In this document: piece after piece, positions 27,583-37,084 of the stretch | Numbering within the stretch: the first letter of the stretch is position 1 | Layout: every line of letters begins with the position of its first letter | NCBI GenBank assembly: GCA_965205605.1 | Contig: CBDBHE010000005.1 | Coordinates: 1-64,000, forward strand | Direction of reading: 5' to 3' | Origin: Spirochaetota bacterium | GTDB lineage: Bacteria; Spirochaetota; UBA12135; COTS27; CBDBHE01 | Length of the DNA stretch: 64,000 nt | Notes under the pieces: model-generated | What the model was told of the DNA's origin: nothing | Seen by the model: only the letters and a program-made list of their open reading frames with translations | The model's database searches: none | Position numbers and translations under genes: made by a program

Positions 27583-28527
27583 TTACTCATCAATTATAAT
27601 TGGAAAAGAATGACGAAAACCATTTAAAAAAAAAGGGATTTCCAACGCTTTTTTATTTTCTTTTTTTATTTTTTTAACTTCAAGGACGCCTTCTTTTAAA
27701 ATCAAAAGCAGGCTTTTCTTACCTTTATTAATTAAAGTGCCACTAGGTAGATTTGAAAAATCAGTATCTTCTTGATGGTAAAAAATAAGATCTAAAAGCT
27801 CATGTTTTTTCCCTTTTAAGGAAAAAAAAATTCCAGGCCAAGGCAAGTAAGCTTTGAATTTTCTAAAAATATTCAAAGCATTGTCTTTTGGTGTAACTCT
27901 TCCATCTTCTTTTTTAATCTTAAAGCAATAACTAGCTTGAGAATGATCTTGAGAAGACAAATTAAGAAATGACCCCGGAGCTGTTTTAAAAAAAGTCTGG
28001 AGTAAGTGTTTTGTTTTTTTTGTTGCTAAATCAAAAACTTGAGGAGCGGTTTTGTCTTTAATTTCAAAAGAATCTTTCATGGAAATATCACCTTGATCCA
28101 TTTTTTCATTAATTTTTTGAATCGAAATACCAGTTGTTTCTTCTCCTTTTATAATAACCGATTGAATGGGAGAAGCTCCCCGATACTTTGGCAAAATAGA
28201 AAAATGAACATTAAACATCCCATATTTTGGGATAGAAAAAAAATTCTTTGGTAAAATAAGACCATAAGAAATCACTAATCCTAAATCAACTTTGATTTTT
28301 TTAAGTGATAAAATATCTTCACTTGTAATAGAAGAAGGGCAAAAAAATGGAATTTTTTTTTCTTTTGCTAAAAAAATAATTTTCGAATGGGAATGAGCTT
28401 GATTTCTTTTTTGAATTGTTTCATTTTTTGTCCATATTACTTTAACATTGGCTAAAGAATGCTGAAGAATAAACTCTAAAACTTCTGCTGAAAAAGCCGC
28501 TGAAGCTAAAAAAACAATTGATTGCAA
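27583..28527 (-). CDS. fmt: methionyl-tRNA formyltransferase
   Basis: NVHFSILPKYRGASPI, MDQGD, KIKKEDG, YLPWPG. Confidence 0.9.
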   Translation of the reverse strand: MQSIVFLASAAFSAEVLEFILQHSLANVKVIWTKNETIQKRNQAHSHSKIIFLAKEKKIPFFCPSSITSEDILSLKKIKVDLGLVISYGLILPKNFFSIPKYGMFNVHFSILPKYRGASPIQSVIIKGEETTGISIQKINEKMDQGDISMKDSFEIKDKTAPQVFDLATKKTKHLLQTFFKTAPGSFLNLSSQDHSQASYCFKIKKEDGRVTPKDNALNIFRKFKAYLPWPGIFFSLKGKKHELLDLIFYHQEDTDFSNLPSGTLINKGKKSLLLILKEGVLEVKKIKKENKKALEIPFFLNGFRHSFPIIIDE

Positions 28528-29586
28528 CTAAATCTCAATAATTAAAGAAGCAAAAGAATACCCACCTCCCACAGCAGTAAAACCTATCTTAGAAGAACTT
28601 TTATAAGAAGGATATCCTTGAAGCTTCCCTTTTATAAGTAAGTTCATCGCTACAGGAATGGTTGCACTAGATAAATTTCCTAGTTGCTCAATGCACTTAA
28701 CAAAATGACATTTTTCTGGAAGATTTAATTTTTCTTCTAAAGCATTTAAAATACGAAGGTTCGCCTGATGGGGAATAATGTAATCAAGATCTTCTAAAGA
28801 CATTTTAGATTTTTCTAAAGCTCCCAGTAAGACACTTGACATTGCATTGACTGCTTTTCTTTGGACTAAAGGGCCTCCTCCCATTTGTAATTTCTGACCT
28901 CTTAACATACAGATATGGTCTTTATTAAAACGCATTACATCTAAAAAACCAAAAACATTGTTTTTTTCACTTCGGCTTACCAAAAACGCTCCAGCTGAAT
29001 CCCCAAATAGAATACAAGTAAGTGGGTCATCAAAATTAATTTTATTACTCATATATTCCGAAGCAACAACTAGTACATGGTTATAAAAACCAGAAGACAC
29101 TTTAAGCACAGCATCAATTAAACCATCTATAAATCCACTACAAGCGGTGTTTAAAGTAACCCCTGAAATTTTTTGATCCATAAGTCCAAGAAAATTTTGT
29201 AAAGAACAAACAGGTGCAGGGATGACCATTTCACTTGAAAAAGAACAGTAAATAATATGATCAATTTTTTTTGAATCAATGCCAGCATTTTTAATAGCCT
29301 CTTCACTTGCTTTAAAAGCCATATACTCGTTCATTAAAGAAGCTTCTTTAGATTCTTCTGAAGAAATGAAATGTCTTTTTTTAATCCCACTCACTTGCTG
29401 CACCCAAAGGTCAAAGACTTGTTTTTCACTGACGTTTTCAGAGATGGTTCCTTTTTTCAAAAGAGAATACTTTGCCTTTTGCACATCAAAATTAGTAATT
29501 TTTTCATATAAATCTTGATTAGTAATCTCTTTTTTAGGTAAATAATAACCCATTCCTGAAATATAAGCGTTTAATTGATTTCCCAT
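28528..29586 (-). CDS. fabH: 3-oxoacyl-ACP synthase III family
   Basis: Cys-His-Asn triad: ACSGF, PHQAN, GNLSSAT; LFGDSAGA. Confidence 0.88.
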   Translation of the reverse strand: MGNQLNAYISGMGYYLPKKEITNQDLYEKITNFDVQKAKYSLLKKGTISENVSEKQVFDLWVQQVSGIKKRHFISSEESKEASLMNEYMAFKASEEAIKNAGIDSKKIDHIIYCSFSSEMVIPAPVCSLQNFLGLMDQKISGVTLNTACSGFIDGLIDAVLKVSSGFYNHVLVVASEYMSNKINFDDPLTCILFGDSAGAFLVSRSEKNNVFGFLDVMRFNKDHICMLRGQKLQMGGGPLVQRKAVNAMSSVLLGALEKSKMSLEDLDYIIPHQANLRILNALEEKLNLPEKCHFVKCIEQLGNLSSATIPVAMNLLIKGKLQGYPSYKSSSKIGFTAVGGGYSFASLIIEI

Positions 29587-29714
29587 AATTTGAAAAATAT
29601 TATCACATAAAAATTTAAGTAATTCATCTTTTTAATCTTTTTTTTTAAAAAAATCTTCCTTCAAAACTAATTAATTTAATTAATGTTAATTTTCATTATT
29701 TAAATTAAAATACA

Positions 29715-30941
29715 GTGATGAAGCAAAAACTTATTACACGCATCTTACATTCCAATCGTTTAGATAAAATAGAACACGGTTCTTTACACAAACCGATCCA
29801 CTCCTCTGTTGCCTTTAATTATGAAAAAGTAGAAGACTTAATCAATGTTTTTCAAAACAAAACAAAAGGATATTCTTATGGGCGTCAATCAAATCCAACG
29901 ATTACAGCTTTAGAAAAAAAAATTAATCAAATGGAAGACGGAGTAGGTAGTGTTTGTTTTTCTACAGGCATGGCCTCAATTGCCACAACTTGTCTTGCTC
30001 TTCTAAAAAAAGGCGATCACTTAATTTCAAGTCAATTTCTTTTTGGAAATACAAACAGTCTTTTTAGAACTCTTGAAAGAATAGGCATCGGTGTTTCTTT
30101 TGTTGATGCAACTCAAGTAGAAAACATTGAAAAAAAAATTTACAGCAAAACCAAAATTATTTTTGTTGAAACCATTGCCAATCCAAAAACTCAAATTGCG
30201 GATCTTCTTAAAATAGGTGAACTTTGCAAAAAAAAAAACTTAGTTTATATTATTGATAATACCATAACAACATCTTATTTATTTAGTCCCAAAGCAGCTG
30301 GAGCTAGTTTTAGTTTAATTTCCTTAACTAAATATATCGCCGGTCATGGCAATACTCTTGGAGGTTGTATTACTGACTTAGGAAATTATAACTGGGAAAA
30401 CTTTGATAATATCTTAGATATTTATAAATCTCAAGATAAAAAAAGTTGGGCTCTACTACAAATTAAAAAAAAAGGACTCAGAGATTTTGGATCAACGCTT
30501 TCTCCTTTAGAAAGTCACCTTATTTCTATTGGAATGGAAACTCTTTTTCTTAGAATGGAAAAACAATGTCAAAATACCAAAAAACTTTGTGATTTTTTAG
30601 AACAACACTCAAAAATCGATCAAGTTTTTTATCCAGGTTCTAAACAACATCCTCAACACAAAAGAGCAAAAAAATTACTTCATCATTTCGGAGCTATTTT
30701 TTCTTTTACTTTAAAAAAAGAATCCGATTGTTTGAAAATGATCAATCGTTTAAAAGTAGCCATTGTTTCTAGCAATTTAGGAGACGTAAGGACTCTTGTG
30801 ATCCCTGTAGCAAAAACTATTTTTTATGAAATAGGTCCTGAGAGAAGAAAAAAAATGGGGATTAATGAGTCAATGATAAGGGTTTCAGTGGGCATTGAAG
30901 CCATTGAAGATCTTATCGAAGATTTCAAACAAGCTTTATAA
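29715..30941 (+). CDS. Cys/Met metabolism PLP-dependent enzyme (cystathionine gamma-synthase / O-acylhomoserine sulfhydrylase family)
   Basis: YGRQSNPT, STGMA, ETIANP, DNT, SLTKY (PLP Lys), RVSVGIE. Confidence 0.88.
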   Translation: MMKQKLITRILHSNRLDKIEHGSLHKPIHSSVAFNYEKVEDLINVFQNKTKGYSYGRQSNPTITALEKKINQMEDGVGSVCFSTGMASIATTCLALLKKGDHLISSQFLFGNTNSLFRTLERIGIGVSFVDATQVENIEKKIYSKTKIIFVETIANPKTQIADLLKIGELCKKKNLVYIIDNTITTSYLFSPKAAGASFSLISLTKYIAGHGNTLGGCITDLGNYNWENFDNILDIYKSQDKKSWALLQIKKKGLRDFGSTLSPLESHLISIGMETLFLRMEKQCQNTKKLCDFLEQHSKIDQVFYPGSKQHPQHKRAKKLLHHFGAIFSFTLKKESDCLKMINRLKVAIVSSNLGDVRTLVIPVAKTIFYEIGPERRKKMGINESMIRVSVGIEAIEDLIEDFKQAL

Positions 30942-31007
30942 AAAAAATAAAATAAAATAAAAAATCATTAAAATGAAAATAAAAATAGACGATATTAACT
31001 ACTATAG

Positions 31008-31053
31008 TACCTTCCCTACCCCCTCTAAGGGAAGGTATTATTTTCTTTTTCTT
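31008..31053 (+). terminator. probable intrinsic terminator
   Basis: 10-bp stem taccttccct/agggaaggta with 10-nt loop, followed by a T-rich tract. Confidence 0.65.
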
Positions 31054-31097
31054 CAAAGTTTTATTTTTTAGCGACAACCTTATTTATTCATAAAAAG

Positions 31098-32111
31098 ATG
31101 CTTCTTCTAAAAACTCTTGAAAACAAAAATCATTCTAGACCTCCTATTTGGTTTATGAGGCAAGCAGGTAGATGTCTTAAAGCCTATAGAGACCTTAAAC
31201 AAAAATATGACTTCAAAACACTCATGACCACTCCTAAGCTTGCCGCTGAAGTTACTTTGCAACCTATTCATTACTTAAAAGTTGATGCAGCCATTTTGTT
31301 TAGTGATATTTTAGTGATTCCAGAATCTTTAGGGATTAAAGTATCTTTTGAAAAAAAACCCGTCCTTAAAAATATTTTAAGTGAATCTAAAGGAAAATTA
31401 AATTCTTCTTTATTCACAAAAAATCCTCTTGAAAAAACATATCAAGCCATCAAAGAAACTCTTAAAAAAAAACCAAAAAACATTCCTTTAATTGGATTTT
31501 GTGGAGGCCCTTTAACTGTTTTTCTATACATGTGGCAAGGCAATCGTAATCACGGAAACTTTGATGAAGCGATTAAAGCAATTTATCAATTTCCTTCTCA
31601 AGTTTCTACTATTATTAAAATTATTAGCGAAGCTTCAATTGAATATGCTTTAAAACAAACTAAAGCCGGAATTAATGTCTTTCAAATTTTTGAAACTTTG
31701 GCAGGTACAATTCCAATTAATTTATACATGACTCATTTTTTCCCTTACGTCCTTCAAATGGCTAAAGCCATAAAAAAAGAAGGAATCCCTATTATTTTTT
31801 TCCCTAGATTATTTGGAATAGGGTATGAACAGATTCCAAAAAACTCTTTTGATGCTATTGGGATCGATTGGCAAACTCCCTTAGAAATAGCTAGAAAAAA
31901 AATTCACAAAAAAACTTGTCTTCAAGGCAACTTGGATCCTAGGCTTCTTGCAACTGGTTTCTCTTCTTTAACACAAAAACTTGAAACTCTTCATCAATTT
32001 GGAAAAAAAAATAAAAATTGGATTATCAACCTAGGTCACGGTATCTTACCAGAAACAAAAGAAAAATCTCTTCTTAAATTAGTCCAGTGGGTAAAACAAA
32101 CTAATTGGTGA
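31098..32111 (+). CDS. hemE: uroporphyrinogen decarboxylase
   Basis: RPPIWFMRQAGR, DAAILFSDIL, LQGNLDP, NLGHGI. Confidence 0.95.
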   Translation: MLLLKTLENKNHSRPPIWFMRQAGRCLKAYRDLKQKYDFKTLMTTPKLAAEVTLQPIHYLKVDAAILFSDILVIPESLGIKVSFEKKPVLKNILSESKGKLNSSLFTKNPLEKTYQAIKETLKKKPKNIPLIGFCGGPLTVFLYMWQGNRNHGNFDEAIKAIYQFPSQVSTIIKIISEASIEYALKQTKAGINVFQIFETLAGTIPINLYMTHFFPYVLQMAKAIKKEGIPIIFFPRLFGIGYEQIPKNSFDAIGIDWQTPLEIARKKIHKKTCLQGNLDPRLLATGFSSLTQKLETLHQFGKKNKNWIINLGHGILPETKEKSLLKLVQWVKQTNW

Positions 32112-32119
32112 CCCCCTAT

Positions 32120-35077
32120 TTAGAAATCAAATCCAATAAAGAAAAAAGTATTCCATTTCCCTAAATTATGGCCTGTATGAGGCATCGAAAAATCAAGCTT
32201 CATTGGAAAAATTAAAAATAACCAACGAAGTCCTACCCCAAAACTCGCTTTTAAATCTTTATAAATTAATTTACTTCCTTCAATTTCCCAAGGATTAAAT
32301 TGAGTAATATCATTATAAGCTGTCCCAATATCATAAAAAATAATTCCATTAATATTACCAAAAAAAAGAGGAATTGGGAAAAAAAATTTCGCAAACTCTA
32401 AAAAAGTTGTTCGATATTCAATATTAAAGAGATGCATATAGTTTCCTCTAAGAAAACGAAAAGGATACCCCCGAATATTTGGATAATTAGGACTCACCGC
32501 TCCGCCTCCTACATAATAATTAAATTTATCTCGATCCTTTCCAAAAGCTCCCCCTGATAAAAAACGCATCGCCAAACTCGAGTTTTTTGTGACAAGCAAA
32601 TACTTTCTAAAATCTAAAAAAACTCTCGAAAAACTAAAAAAATAATCACCCCATAAATTAGGCGAATACTCTATCGATGCATAAGAACGTTCATTATCAA
32701 TAGGGTGCAAAAAACCAAATAAAGTAGAATCATGAGTATACGATAATGAAATAGGAATCGAAAATTTTCCAAACTCTTGAAATGAACGATCAATATATTG
32801 CTCATTAAAATCTAAAAAATTCCTTTCAATCCAAGAAGGAGAAAAAGCTAAATCTACTCGATTATACTTATTAAAAGAATATCTTAAAAATCCCCCAAAA
32901 GCATAATTTTTATCAATAAAACCTGCATAATTATTAAGCAAATTTTCTGTATCGACATAACCTCTTTTAGAAGAAATAAAAGAAAGAGAATGGTATTGAT
33001 TAAAAGCAATATAATAGCCATAATTAATCCTATTTTTAGTATCAAGATATTGGCTCGTTGTGACGGTATTAAGAAGGTTATAGCCCACATCATATGAAAT
33101 AATCGCATCAATATCCAATCGATAATCATTTAAAATATCACTAAAAGACGTTACTATTTGCCCAAAAAACCAACCTTGCAAACCCGTAGAACTCCCTCCT
33201 AAAACAAGATAAAGATTATCTGAACTTAAAGAAGGTTTGTAAAAACTTGATGATAAAGTATTTTCAATTGTATTGTTATCACTAACTAAAATATCTTCTT
33301 CTTCTTCTTTTTCTTGAGCAATTAAAGATTTTTTTTCTTTTTTTAATGAATTTTCATAAACAGCAAAAGATTCTTTTTGGTATTGTTCTAAATTAATTTT
33401 TGTTGAAAAAACATCAAAAGCTCCTAATTGAAACTGTGTGTAAATAATTTTACTACCATCATAAGACCAATTTGGGTAAGAAATCCCTCCAAAAATATCC
33501 GTGACTTGAAAAATCTCTTTCGTTTTAAGATCTTGAATGTAAATATTGGCAACTCCTTTTTTTTCAGAAATAAAAGCCAATTTTTTATAATCTGGAGAAT
33601 AAATAGGATAAGATTCGTTATGTTCATTTGAAGTCAAACGAACACTTTTAAATGTTTTAAACTCAAATGAATAAAGATTTTTTTTAAAAGAAAAACTTGA
33701 AAATCCTTTGTTACAAGCATACACAATGCTTCTAGAGTCAGGTGCCCAACAAGGAAAAGATTCTGTATAAATATCATCTGTCAATTTATCTAATGTCCCG
33801 CTTTTCAAATCAAATAAATAAAGATCTACTTGTTTGCCATCAAATCCAGAAAAAACAACTTTTTCTCCATTAGGTGAAAGACGAGACCCATAAACTCCAT
33901 TTAAATTAACGCCTTTGCTTTTGATGATTTTATTTTTCTTAACATCATAAATATTAAAAAAATAAGTCGCTCCTGACCTCGATGAAAATAAAAGAAATTT
34001 TCTTGTTTTATCAAAAGATAAAATGTTATTTAAAACATTAATGCTTTCAAATGAAGCCTCTTGATCTGAAGATGCAATGACTTTGACAATTTCTTTATTT
34101 TTAATAGAATATTTAACAATTTGAGGATACTTTTTTTCATTACTAATCATGTAAAAAAAATGGTCATTACTTGCAAACACAGGACTAAAATTAATAATTG
34201 ATGAATTCTTTAAATGAGAAGTATGTTGCTTTGCTTCACGATTAGTTGAAATGACTTGATCTGAAATCGTCTTCCAATAATGTTTTTTTAAAAAAAAATG
34301 CCATTTTTTACTAGCTTCTTCTTTCGAAATCCCCAAGACTTCTTCAAATGTTTTTTTTGAGTCTTTTTTCAACATACTATGAATAAAATGATAAAGCTTA
34401 TCCTTTCCATAATACTTCTCTAGCCAATAAAAAAAACCTTGTGCCCCTTTATACACATAGTAATAACGTTTACCAAGACGATATGGATTTTCTAATTCTT
34501 CAATTGTTGGCAAAACTCCATGAATAATCCCATCTCTTAGGTATGATTCTGTTTTTGGATCTAGACCCAGGGTGATGTATTCTGCTGAGCCTTCCATAAA
34601 CCAAAGCATTGAAGAAGAAAAACGATTAAAAGAATAAGACTTCTGATTATTTAATAAGTCAAACTGAAAAGCATGATTTAGTTCATGGATTAAAACATGT
34701 CGAAACTCTTCTCTCTTCCCATTAAACGGTAAAACAACTCGATTTCTTGCAATTTCTGTAAATCCCCCTGTAGATTCACCTAAAATGCCACTACTAATAT
34801 TATTATTCTCAAACTCAAAAGAAGAACTAAAAATAATAATTGGTATCACCTGACTCAACTCATGCTGATACGCTTTAGAAAGTTTATCAATAGCCTCCTC
34901 AGCAATGTCTGCTACCAACTTCCCAATGTCTTTATTTTGTTTCTCTATGTAAATATCAAAATGTATTGTCTTTTGAACAATCCAATTTTTGTCATAATAT
35001 TGGACTTTGTTTTTACCAAAATAATAACAAAAAAGAAATTCAAAAATTAATAAAAAAGAAAAAAGAACAGTCTTCAT
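32120..35077 (-). CDS. Omp85/BamA-superfamily outer membrane protein with N-terminal HExxH metallopeptidase-like domain and TolB-like (PD40) propeller
   Basis: signal peptide, HELNH...WFMEGSAEY, SPNG/WAPD/YSPD/WSYDG repeats, IRGY, FYDIG, FGVGLR, terminal Phe. Confidence 0.85.
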   Translation of the reverse strand: MKTVLFSFLLIFEFLFCYYFGKNKVQYYDKNWIVQKTIHFDIYIEKQNKDIGKLVADIAEEAIDKLSKAYQHELSQVIPIIIFSSSFEFENNNISSGILGESTGGFTEIARNRVVLPFNGKREEFRHVLIHELNHAFQFDLLNNQKSYSFNRFSSSMLWFMEGSAEYITLGLDPKTESYLRDGIIHGVLPTIEELENPYRLGKRYYYVYKGAQGFFYWLEKYYGKDKLYHFIHSMLKKDSKKTFEEVLGISKEEASKKWHFFLKKHYWKTISDQVISTNREAKQHTSHLKNSSIINFSPVFASNDHFFYMISNEKKYPQIVKYSIKNKEIVKVIASSDQEASFESINVLNNILSFDKTRKFLLFSSRSGATYFFNIYDVKKNKIIKSKGVNLNGVYGSRLSPNGEKVVFSGFDGKQVDLYLFDLKSGTLDKLTDDIYTESFPCWAPDSRSIVYACNKGFSSFSFKKNLYSFEFKTFKSVRLTSNEHNESYPIYSPDYKKLAFISEKKGVANIYIQDLKTKEIFQVTDIFGGISYPNWSYDGSKIIYTQFQLGAFDVFSTKINLEQYQKESFAVYENSLKKEKKSLIAQEKEEEEDILVSDNNTIENTLSSSFYKPSLSSDNLYLVLGGSSTGLQGWFFGQIVTSFSDILNDYRLDIDAIISYDVGYNLLNTVTTSQYLDTKNRINYGYYIAFNQYHSLSFISSKRGYVDTENLLNNYAGFIDKNYAFGGFLRYSFNKYNRVDLAFSPSWIERNFLDFNEQYIDRSFQEFGKFSIPISLSYTHDSTLFGFLHPIDNERSYASIEYSPNLWGDYFFSFSRVFLDFRKYLLVTKNSSLAMRFLSGGAFGKDRDKFNYYVGGGAVSPNYPNIRGYPFRFLRGNYMHLFNIEYRTTFLEFAKFFFPIPLFFGNINGIIFYDIGTAYNDITQFNPWEIEGSKLIYKDLKASFGVGLRWLFLIFPMKLDFSMPHTGHNLGKWNTFFFIGFDF

Positions 35078-35874
35078 AAAATATCAAAATAAAAATGAAA
35101 CCCTAAAACAAGTTGATCCATAGGAGACTCTCCCGATGAGTACAAAATCTTACTCAAACCTAAATTAAAAGAAAGATAACGAAGCAAATGATATGAAAAC
35201 AAAAATTCAAAAGTATGTCTTTCTGTAGCCCTAAAAACATTATTAATTCCTTTATAACCAAGCTTCATATTGATATAATAATTAAAATAAATAATAAAAC
35301 CCAAAGAAAAATCAAAATAAGCTTCCCTAAAAGCTAAGTCTTTAGGATTGACATTAAAAGAGCCTTCTAGATGAAGCGGCAATGTGAAAATAGGGACTTG
35401 AAACGCAGAATATGTTTTTAATGATTTCGCATAATTAAGAACCCACCTTTGTTCACCGAGCAAAAGATCATTTGATTGATGATCAACATACCCTAAGCCA
35501 ATTCTAAATGGTCTCAAATGATAAAAAACGCCTGTTTCAAAATGATGTTGAAATAAAGAAGAAATAGATTGATAAGTTTCATTAAACTGATTATAAAAAG
35601 ATAAATTAGGATAAAAAAAATGTTGATTTAAAAAAAAAGAAAAATTATTATAATTTAAAAAACTAGTCACTTTTAAAAAATAAACATCTTGTACTAAAAT
35701 CTGATCCGAATTATCAACCAATGCCCCTTTTTGATAAGTATTATCCAGTCTAGCTCTCTGCTGGACATATTGAAATGTTTGAGAAAACTGTAAAGTTGTT
35801 TTTTTATCTCGTTGATCACAAAACAACCCCTTATGTAGTAAAAGAAAAAAAAAAAACGATAAAAAACACTTCAT
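35074..35874 (-). CDS. secreted hypothetical protein, probable outer-membrane beta-barrel
   Basis: signal-like N-terminus, alternating aromatic beta-strand pattern, C-terminus VLGFHFYFDIL. Confidence 0.55.
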   Translation of the reverse strand: MKCFLSFFFFLLLHKGLFCDQRDKKTTLQFSQTFQYVQQRARLDNTYQKGALVDNSDQILVQDVYFLKVTSFLNYNNFSFFLNQHFFYPNLSFYNQFNETYQSISSLFQHHFETGVFYHLRPFRIGLGYVDHQSNDLLLGEQRWVLNYAKSLKTYSAFQVPIFTLPLHLEGSFNVNPKDLAFREAYFDFSLGFIIYFNYYINMKLGYKGINNVFRATERHTFEFLFSYHLLRYLSFNLGLSKILYSSGESPMDQLVLGFHFYFDIL

Positions 35875-37037
35875 AAAAGTGGATTAATCTCCTTTACAGC
35901 AAGTCCTTTCAAAAGCAGCTGATTTCGTTTTTTATCAATTCCTTTATTTTGTCCTAATAAAAAATAAGCTTGTTTTTCTTTCACTAAAAAATCTTTATCA
36001 TCAAAATCAACTAAAGCTGTATAAGTAACCGCTCCTTCTTCAAAGATAGAAAAAAGCCATAATTCTTCTTTAGTTTTTTGTTTAGAGAAAAACCCCTGCC
36101 ACTTAATATACACATCTAAACAATGTTGATTGGTTAACAAAAAAGAAACTCCAAGATTATTTTTAAATTCTGAAAAATTAGGGTTTGGAATTAATTTTTT
36201 TAACATGTAAAACCTTTCTTTATAAATAAAACTAATCTCAGAAGCTCTTATTTGATTGTATAGCATAATAGCTTGATTATCTTGACGAGTTTGAACAAAG
36301 TGTTTCATTTTTTTATAATAGATAAAAATTTCTTCTGCTGTATGCCCCTGGGTGGCATTTGTTTTAGAAAAAACAGCTGTCTTTTCTGTTGTTTTTAAAA
36401 AAAATTCTTTATCTGTATTTTTAAAAGTAAAATTCTTTAAAAAATCATCAAAATTAAAATTAGTAATTTTATTTTCCTTAATGAGAGTGTAAAAATAAAA
36501 CATAGTACTTAATAAAAATAACAGTAAAATCAAAAGTAAAACCCACTTTAATTTTAAAAAATTTGACTTTTTTTGCTTCTTTTTTTTACCTGTGTTTAAA
36601 TCCTCAAAAAGATTTTTAGGTAAAGAAAAAAAAGATTCAAAAGAGTATTTCTTAATTAAAATAGGTAAAGAACTTTTTTTAAGATTGGTTAAAATCCATT
36701 CTACTTTTTTAACATAAAAAGCTGACTTTAAAAGTCTTGTATACTTCATGATTGCTTGCTTTTCACGACCTGCTAAAAGATCTGTGTAAGCTGAAAACAT
36801 TAATGCCGCTTGATGATTGGGGTCTACTTGTAAAATACTTTCTAAATGACTAACTGATAATTGAGGCCTTCCTTGCTTAACAAAAAGATAAGCAAGCAGT
36901 AAATTGATTAAAGAATCTTTGGGAAAAGATTCTTGAAGAATAGAAGCTTTATCAAAAGCTTCATCGTATTTTTTTTTTTTAAAGAGCTTTTCTAGTTTTT
37001 TTAAGGTAACATCTTTTTTTAAGAAAGAAGGCCTCAC
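35871..37037 (-). CDS. TPR-repeat membrane protein
   Basis: N-terminal TPR-like helices (ILQVDPNHQAAL), one central TM segment. Confidence 0.7.
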   Translation of the reverse strand: MRPSFLKKDVTLKKLEKLFKKKKYDEAFDKASILQESFPKDSLINLLLAYLFVKQGRPQLSVSHLESILQVDPNHQAALMFSAYTDLLAGREKQAIMKYTRLLKSAFYVKKVEWILTNLKKSSLPILIKKYSFESFFSLPKNLFEDLNTGKKKKQKKSNFLKLKWVLLLILLLFLLSTMFYFYTLIKENKITNFNFDDFLKNFTFKNTDKEFFLKTTEKTAVFSKTNATQGHTAEEIFIYYKKMKHFVQTRQDNQAIMLYNQIRASEISFIYKERFYMLKKLIPNPNFSEFKNNLGVSFLLTNQHCLDVYIKWQGFFSKQKTKEELWLFSIFEEGAVTYTALVDFDDKDFLVKEKQAYFLLGQNKGIDKKRNQLLLKGLAVKEINPLL

Positions 37038-37084
37038 TACTTATCCAAAAAAGATTTTATTATTATAATTACTTAGGAAATCAA

